Source: an archaeon (GTDB lineage: Archaea; Nanobdellota; Nanobdellia; Pacearchaeales; GW2011-AR1). From it: a stretch of DNA of 64,000 nt. The DNA lies in assembly GCA_030605415.1 (NCBI GenBank), contig JAUWIJ010000005.1, forward strand, positions 2,375 through 66,374, read 5' to 3'. The stretch's first letter is position 1. Each line of letters starts with the position of its first letter. The notes below the pieces were generated by a model. That model worked only from the letters and a program-made list of their open reading frames with translations. It was not told the DNA's origin and did no database searches. Position numbers and translations under genes: made by a program. Positions 58,972 to 64,000 of the stretch are shown piece after piece.

Positions 58972-59210
58972 ATCCACTTAACGATAAAGAATATTGCGGA
59001 ATAATCGTTCATGAGAATTCTGGAACTACTGAGGTTAATTTATATGGAGCCAACAGAAAATATATGTATGGTAATGTGTTGTCTAGTCAAGTGGCCCTTT
59101 TGGAGGGAAAATCTTGCCTTGCCGGAGGGAAAATGAGTCATTTTTGGACGGACACTCCTTCTGTATTTGAAGAATTGATTAGGAATGCGAAGGAGTTGAA
59201 AAATGAGTAA
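58968..59210 (+). CDS. orphan protein inserted between L18e and L13
   Basis: ATGA overlap with the L18e stop and an 8-nt overlap (ATGAGTAA) with the L13 start. No family recognised. Confidence 0.45.
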   Translation: MNPLNDKEYCGIIVHENSGTTEVNLYGANRKYMYGNVLSSQVALLEGKSCLAGGKMSHFWTDTPSVFEELIRNAKELKNE

Positions 59211-59616
59211 ATTAATTTATGACGGCGAGGGGACAATTTTTGGCAGGTTGGCGAGTGTTGTTGCTAAGAATTTATTGAAAGGTAATTCTGTTGAACTTAT
59301 TAATTGTGAGGAGATAATTGTTTCAGGGGATAAGAAACTTTTTGTGGCGAAGATTTTAGCTAAGAGAGAAATGGGAGCAGGCAGTTCGCTGAAGGGTCCG
59401 AAATATCCGAGAGTTGCAGACAGACTGGTCAAGCGGATGATTCGGGGAATGTTGCCGAGGGATAGAATGAAGGGACAAGATGCGTTTAGGAGATTGAAGT
59501 GTTATGTTGGGAATGGTAGGTTGGGAGCAGATGAGATGAAAGATGTCGTAAAATTAAATCATAAGAAGCCTATGAGATATTCGTCAATTAAAGAAATTGT
59601 GAGGTTGTTGAAGTAA
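59203..59616 (+). CDS. rpl13: 50S ribosomal protein L13 (uL13)
   Basis: DGEGTIFGRLASVVAK and RMIRGMLP motifs. Confidence 0.93.
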   Translation: MSKLIYDGEGTIFGRLASVVAKNLLKGNSVELINCEEIIVSGDKKLFVAKILAKREMGAGSSLKGPKYPRVADRLVKRMIRGMLPRDRMKGQDAFRRLKCYVGNGRLGADEMKDVVKLNHKKPMRYSSIKEIVRLLK

Positions 59617-59617
59617 T

Positions 59618-60019
59618 ATGAATAAAATAGTTGTTTCGGGAAAAAGAAAAACTGCGGTTGCCAAGGCGACAATTGAAGACGGTAGTGGAGTCGTGACTTT
59701 CAACAAGAGGCCGTTAAGTTTTTTGAGTAATTTGCAACAGTTAGAGATTAATGAGCCATTGGTTATTGCGAAGGATGTTTTGGGTAAATTGAATTTTAAT
59801 ATTGCTTTGAATATTAAGGGTGGCGGAACTGCTTGTCAGGTTGAAGCTGGTCGATTGGCGATTGCAAGAGCGATTGTTAAATTCACGAAGAATAAAGATT
59901 TGAAAAATGCGTTTTTGATGTATGATAGAAATATGTTGATTGCTGATACTCGGAGAAAAGAAGCTTGTAAGCCGGGTGACTCTAAGGCTCGGGCGATGAG
60001 ACAGACTTCATTCCGTTAA
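59618..60019 (+). CDS. rps9: 30S ribosomal protein S9 (uS9)
   Basis: SGKRKTAVAKA start; GGGTACQVEAGRLAIARA; C-terminal KARAMRQTSFR. Confidence 0.95.
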   Translation: MNKIVVSGKRKTAVAKATIEDGSGVVTFNKRPLSFLSNLQQLEINEPLVIAKDVLGKLNFNIALNIKGGGTACQVEAGRLAIARAIVKFTKNKDLKNAFLMYDRNMLIADTRRKEACKPGDSKARAMRQTSFR

Positions 60020-60095
60020 ACGGAATGAGGCATTTGGGATTTGGTCGCTTCGCTTTTTGGGATTTGTGGGGAAAGGGAATTGAGGGGGAAGGATG
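60020..60095. repeat. short mosaic repeat (GGGATTT words around GGTCGCTTCGCT)
   Basis: GGCATTTGGGATTTGGTCGCTTCGCTTTTTGGGATTTGTGGGGAAAGGG. Confidence 0.8.
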
Positions 60096-60623
60096 TTAAT
60101 AATATTTATTTTTTCTTGTTATTCCCGTGAACAACATACCTCTTTCATTATCCACAAATATTAAATCACAAATTGAATAAATTGTTTTTGTTCCTACGCC
60201 AAATCCTACATTTCTTATGTTTATAATATGTTTTTCTGGATGATGTTTTCTCGCTTCCCAATGTTGTTTGACATCTTTCTTGGTAAAATATAAGCCTCCG
60301 TCGCAAAAAGAATAAGTTATTCCAACAGGTGTTAAAAACGTGCCAAATTCGAGAGCGATAGATTTTCCATTACCACCATGATAGTGAGCATTTTTCAAGG
60401 CTTCGTTTGGTATCGTATAGTGGTTTGGAAAATCGCATATAGAATTATCTATTCCGTGATATTGGCGAATCTTTTTCATGGTGCTATAAACAAGATGACT
60501 TCTAATATCGTTCCAGTTAAATTTTTTGTCAAATTGTTTAATATCTATTAGGCATTCTTCTAATGAAAAATCTGAGACTTTTAAAAAATCTGAAACGGGT
60601 TTTGGTAAATCACATATGTCCAT
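60096..60623 (-). CDS. hypothetical protein, possibly a GHKL-type ATP-binding fold
   Basis: EALKNAHYHGGNG (N-box-like), CDGGLY and GFGVGTK (G-box-like). Weak motif-only call. Confidence 0.3.
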   Translation of the reverse strand: MDICDLPKPVSDFLKVSDFSLEECLIDIKQFDKKFNWNDIRSHLVYSTMKKIRQYHGIDNSICDFPNHYTIPNEALKNAHYHGGNGKSIALEFGTFLTPVGITYSFCDGGLYFTKKDVKQHWEARKHHPEKHIINIRNVGFGVGTKTIYSICDLIFVDNERGMLFTGITRKNKYY

Positions 60624-60647
60624 CTTAATTATAATGATTTATGTCAT

Positions 60648-61187
60648 TTAAGTTTTGTGTTTCCGAGGTCTCAAATATGTTTTTAGTTTTCTTTGAACTG
60701 CGTAAAATATTTCTGGGTTGATTATTGGTTGGTGGTCGCCTTTGTGAATTTTGCCGTCGAATTTTATTTCTCCGAGATATGTTCTATTTGTCAGAATTTT
60801 TTTTAGACCGTTGACTGAAAGAGAGAAATTTTTTGCAAGAGAATTTAGGGAGTAGTTTCGATTTAAGAATGTTCGGAATAGTGAGTGGACTCTGACTGCG
60901 TCTTCATTTGGTATTAAATTGCCGTTGACAACGTCGTATCCGAGGGGGGCTCGTGTGACAAGTCGTCCGATGCTCGCCATTTTTTCCATTCCTTGTTTTT
61001 GTTTTTTGCCCGGAAATTGTTTGTATTTTCTAAAGGTATCAAGAATTTTCCAGTCAATTTTTTCGGCAATATAATTTTGGAAGTCGTGAATTTTATCTGG
61101 AGCAAATGTAGTACAAATCGGACATAAAGGACTTCCGAAAATTACCTTTTCTTTTTTATCTGAGTAGCCACATTTTTTACATGTCAT
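60648..61187 (-). CDS. zinc-ribbon + 'recombinase' domain protein lacking a resolvase catalytic domain
   Basis: RAPLGYDVVNGNLIPNEDAVRVHSLFRTFL...LKKILTNRTYLGEIKF...HQPIINPEIFYAVQ matches the middle domain of large serine recombinases. The N-terminus is CxxC...CxxC instead of a Ser-catalytic domain. Confidence 0.6.
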   Translation of the reverse strand: MTCKKCGYSDKKEKVIFGSPLCPICTTFAPDKIHDFQNYIAEKIDWKILDTFRKYKQFPGKKQKQGMEKMASIGRLVTRAPLGYDVVNGNLIPNEDAVRVHSLFRTFLNRNYSLNSLAKNFSLSVNGLKKILTNRTYLGEIKFDGKIHKGDHQPIINPEIFYAVQRKLKTYLRPRKHKT

Positions 61188-61237
61188 GTAGATTAGTGTT
61201 CAGAAGAATTTATAAAATGTGTTGTTGCTATATTTTG

Positions 61238-61666
61238 ATGGGGAAGAGAGGCGGTGCGTTATTAATTATTGGAATTGTGATTTTAGTTTTGTTAATCGGG
61301 GTTATTGGAGCAGGAGTTTATTTTTATAATTTTTATGTTTTTAAGACGGTGCGGGTTTGTGTTGGTGATGCGATTGATACTACGATGCCTTGTGGTGTAA
61401 CTCAGGATTGTGTTGATATTGATAGGATTGCCGAATTTGGTATCGATTTAAATAATGTTCCGGATTTTGTTCGGGATAATTTTCAGAAGATTCTTAATGA
61501 GGTTGTTTATTGTGACGGAAGTTGTTTTGTTAAAAATATTCGGGGTGTGAATTGGGAAACGCAGGAGTTGGAAATGTTAGATAATTGTAAAGATGAAGAG
61601 GTTGAGTTTTTAATTGAGATTCGTGGGAAGGAAGTTTTGGCAATTTGGAAATGGATTGAGGGTTAG
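61238..61666 (+). CDS. N-terminally anchored Cys-rich extracytoplasmic protein
   Basis: Start at MGKRGGALLIIG, about 27 nt downstream of GAATTTATAAAA (61206-61217), suggesting a leaderless mRNA. Confidence 0.45.
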   Translation: MGKRGGALLIIGIVILVLLIGVIGAGVYFYNFYVFKTVRVCVGDAIDTTMPCGVTQDCVDIDRIAEFGIDLNNVPDFVRDNFQKILNEVVYCDGSCFVKNIRGVNWETQELEMLDNCKDEEVEFLIEIRGKEVLAIWKWIEG

Positions 61667-61770
61667 TGAGTAGTGAGTAGTTGGTAGCTCAACATCAAAG
61701 ATGTTGAAGTTGGTAGTTGGTAGTTGGTAGTGGGGAAGGGAACTACAAACTAAAGACTACAAACTGAGTA
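61665..61770. repeat. mosaic repeat with TAGTGAG and AGTTGGT heptamers and an ATCAAAGAT-apex hairpin
   Basis: TAGTGAG-TAGTGAG-TAGTTGG, hairpin TCAACATC-AAA-GATGTTGA, then AGTTGGT x3. Confidence 0.8.
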
Positions 61771-61821
61771 ACGGGGATGGGTTTTTATAGTTGAATTACT
61801 TGTTGGTTTTGGAGATGTGGT

Positions 61822-62058
61822 ATGTTAAAAGATACTTATGTTTTGGATAAGTGGACGATTGCTTTAGGTAAAGTTGGCACTATGGTTTTTGTGATTATTA
61901 TCTTGAAGATTTGGGGTGGTGCGATGAACTGGGTTCACAACACAAATATTTGGTGGTTTGTTGGAGCTTTTGTGATTATTATTATAAAGATTGGAATGAG
62001 TCATGGATGTTGCCAGTGCAGTGTTCCAGATAAAGTTGCGAAGAAAAAGAAAAAATAG
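61822..62058 (+). CDS. small hypothetical membrane protein
   Basis: 78 aa, two TM helices, C-terminal CCQC and KKKKK. Confidence 0.35.
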   Translation: MLKDTYVLDKWTIALGKVGTMVFVIIILKIWGGAMNWVHNTNIWWFVGAFVIIIIKIGMSHGCCQCSVPDKVAKKKKK

Positions 62059-62065
62059 TTTAATT

Positions 62066-62890
62066 TTATAAGTTATCTATTGGGGATTTTATTTTTTTTA
62101 TTTGTTCTGTTGAGACGTGAGTGTATATTTGTGTCGTCGATAAATCGGCGTGTCCGAGTAGTTCCTGAATGTGCCTTATATCGATTCCGCTTTCTAATAG
62201 GTGAGTTGCGAATGAGTGTCTGAGCGTGTGACAATGGACGCCTTTTAGTCCGGCTCGGTTGGCGGCCGATGAAACTATTTTTTGGATGTTTCTCGTGGAG
62301 AGTTTTCCGTTTCGCCCCGTGAATAGATATTCTTTTCCTTTTTGTTTTTCCGTCTGATATTGAAGTTCGTCGGTTAAAAATTCTGGGATGTTAAAAATTC
62401 TGTCTTTGTTTCCCTTTGCCTGACGAATGTAACCAATTTTTTCTGGGAAATTTAGGTTTGCAATTTTTAAATTTACTAATTCAGAAACTCGGAACCCACA
62501 GGCATACATTAGACTGACTATTAGTTTTGATTTTTCGGTTTTGAGTTCTTCGAGTAATTTTTTAATTTCGTCTTTTGATAAAATTGTCGGGAGTTGTTGT
62601 TCTTTTTTTGGTCGTTTGATTGAGGCGGTGATATCGTTGTTGAAGATTGAGAGGTAGGCATATTTGATTGCGGAGAGAAAAAGTATGATTGACATTGCGG
62701 CCTTGTCGGTTAGGTTTTCGGCGATGAAAAGTTTGACATCTTCTGTTGTGATTTTATCTGGAGATTTATTTATGAAGTTTAATAATTTTTTATTTGATTT
62801 GACGTAATTACGAATAGTGTGGCTTGAGTTTTTTGATATTTTTAGCTCTACCTCTATTTTTTTTAGAAATTCGTCTGAGTTCATTTTCAC
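62066..62890 (-). CDS. xerA: tyrosine recombinase, XerA/XerC/D-like
   Basis: GFRVSEL, HTLRHSFATHLL and LLGHADLSTTQIYTHV catalytic motifs. Confidence 0.88.
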   Translation of the reverse strand: MKMNSDEFLKKIEVELKISKNSSHTIRNYVKSNKKLLNFINKSPDKITTEDVKLFIAENLTDKAAMSIILFLSAIKYAYLSIFNNDITASIKRPKKEQQLPTILSKDEIKKLLEELKTEKSKLIVSLMYACGFRVSELVNLKIANLNFPEKIGYIRQAKGNKDRIFNIPEFLTDELQYQTEKQKGKEYLFTGRNGKLSTRNIQKIVSSAANRAGLKGVHCHTLRHSFATHLLESGIDIRHIQELLGHADLSTTQIYTHVSTEQIKKIKSPIDNL

Positions 62891-62964
62891 CTAATATATT
62901 GTGCGAACTTTAGTTTATAATTTTTTGGGGGGAAGGTTTTTATAGGGTGATTCTGTGTAATTTT

Positions 62965-63219
62965 ATGGATAGAGAAAAATTTAAGGCGGTTTGTGCTGAT
63001 TGTGGCAAGGAATGTGAGGTTCCGTTTAAGCCGACCGAGGGGCGACCGGTTAAGTGCAATGATTGTTTTAGAAAAGGGCGACCTCAACGAAGTTTTAATA
63101 AGCGGAGAGATGTTGATGTGGTTTGTGCTGAGTGTGGCAAAGCGACGACTGTTCCGTTTAAGCCCGTATCTGGGAGACCTGTTCTTTGCAGGGATTGTTT
63201 TAGGAAGAGTAAAAATTAG
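62965..63219 (+). CDS. tandem zinc-ribbon protein (2 x CxxCG...PFKP..GRPV.C..CF)
   Basis: CADCGKECEVPFKPTEGRPVKCNDCFRK and CAECGKATTVPFKPVSGRPVLCRDCFRK. Confidence 0.6.
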   Translation: MDREKFKAVCADCGKECEVPFKPTEGRPVKCNDCFRKGRPQRSFNKRRDVDVVCAECGKATTVPFKPVSGRPVLCRDCFRKSKN

Positions 63220-63284
63220 GTATTTTGATTTTCGTCTAACCGAATAACTATTATTTTGTTTGATGTGGTTGGTTTATATGATTA

Positions 63285-63590
63285 GGTCGCTTCGCTCCCC
63301 ATAGAACTTAGAATTGAGTACCCTCACTTATATAAAAGAAAAATAGGTTGGGGCAGACTCACCGCTTCGCTCTTTGCTTTAGAATTGAGACCGCTCATTT
63401 CATTCGCTCTTAGAACTGAGTACCCTACCATATATAAAAGATAAATATGTTGGGGCAGACCCACCGCTTCGCTCTGAGAACTGTCCCCCGCTTTCCCCTC
63501 TGAGTTCTGAGATCTGAGTTCTGGAAAAACATAATGTTTTTCCTACAGTTCTTGCCAGAGATAGATGAATAGTCGTTAAAGGTTATATAT
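63285..63590. repeat. large composite mosaic element with two cores; paralog of 43068-43325
   Basis: Cores at 63319-63355 and 63421-63458. Shares CGCTTCGCT units, AGAACT/AGAATT words and the tail GTTCTTGCCAGAGATAGATGAATAGTCGTTAAAGGTTAT with 43068-43325. Confidence 0.9.
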
Positions 63591-63663
63591 TAGAATTTAC
63601 CGTGCATCTCTCACATTTCTGCTAAGAAACAATATTTTTAACTCTCATTATTTTATGTTTCTC

Positions 63664-63780
63664 TAATTTTGGGGCATCTTTTTCTGGAAAAAGATGAGAG
63701 TTAACTCGCGCCACCTGGCGTACCCCAATACCCAATACTTTGGGGCAACTTTTTCTGGAAAAAGATGAGAGTTAACTCTC
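63664..63780. repeat. two about 40-nt direct repeats, each with a 9-bp hairpin, separated by about 31 nt
   Basis: TTTGGGGCA(TC/AC)TTTTTCTGGAAAAAGATGAGAGTTAACTC at about 63666 and about 63738. Confidence 0.7.
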
Positions 63781-64000
63781 ACTTTTTCGCTTAAAAATTG
63801 GTTGTTTTTAATAATTTTGAGAAGGCGACAGAGATAATGTAAAAAACGGTGATTTTGTGCTTTAAGGGGTGTTTGTGCGTGTTTTTGATAGAAGTTGATG
63901 GTTTTATTGTTTATAATGTTAAAATTCAATAGAGATATGTTAAAATTTGAAAAATGGTCTATAAAATTGGGGTATTATCCGTGGAATTTGAGCTTTTCGT

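Noticed and set aside
63664-63780. Mini CRISPR array.
   Set aside because: There are only two full repeats of about 40 nt, one about 31-nt spacer and no cas genes in view. The repeat ends in the window and does not continue.

Overview
Archaeal, A/T-rich, gene-dense window with DPANN-like character: archaeal-specific r-proteins L32e, L19e, S4e, L21e and L18e, AglB, Rpo subunits, and many stop/start overlaps. Main blocks are as follows. (1) 3.4-21.2 kb: an S10/spc-type ribosomal-protein super-operon (L3 to L15, then SecY and a DUF106/YidC-like gene). (2) 23-43 kb: an N-glycosylation and nucleotide-sugar island with GT4 transferase, AglB, GT10, a ColD-like dehydratase, SDR, SGNH, several GTs, a methyltransferase, a Wzx flippase, Gmd and Fcl/ColC. 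It is interrupted by a HEPN/MNT pair and a DinD/Bro-N-like gene. (3) 43-47.7 kb: SecDF, an HNH gene, three tRNAs, a stand-alone 5S rRNA and RpoN. (4) 47.8-51.1 kb: a MacB/FtsX-type ABC transporter. (5) 54.7-60.0 kb: a second r-protein/RNAP cluster (L21e-RpoF-DUF655-S13-S4-S11-RpoD-L18e-L13-S9). (6) 60-63 kb: recombinase-related genes. Three unusual features stand out. (a) A family of modular mosaic repeat elements sits exactly at cistron junctions of the r-protein operons and elsewhere. Modules are a 5' ATGA-bearing hairpin, locus-specific heptamer arrays, a CGCTTCGCT motif, an optional 42-nt core and a 3' SD-bearing tail. The elements overlap or abut the upstream stop codon, carry an SD-like box for the downstream gene, and are partly absorbed in-frame into L18, L29 and possibly L24. 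(b) Eight orphan ORFs (62-129 aa, visibly more A/T-rich) are wedged between r-protein genes with translational-coupling geometry; three are flanked by direct repeats of the junction. (c) A near-identical 59-nt DNA segment is inserted in-frame in both L3 and L22, with a half copy in L24. All functional calls rest on motif recognition in the supplied translations; no database search was possible.
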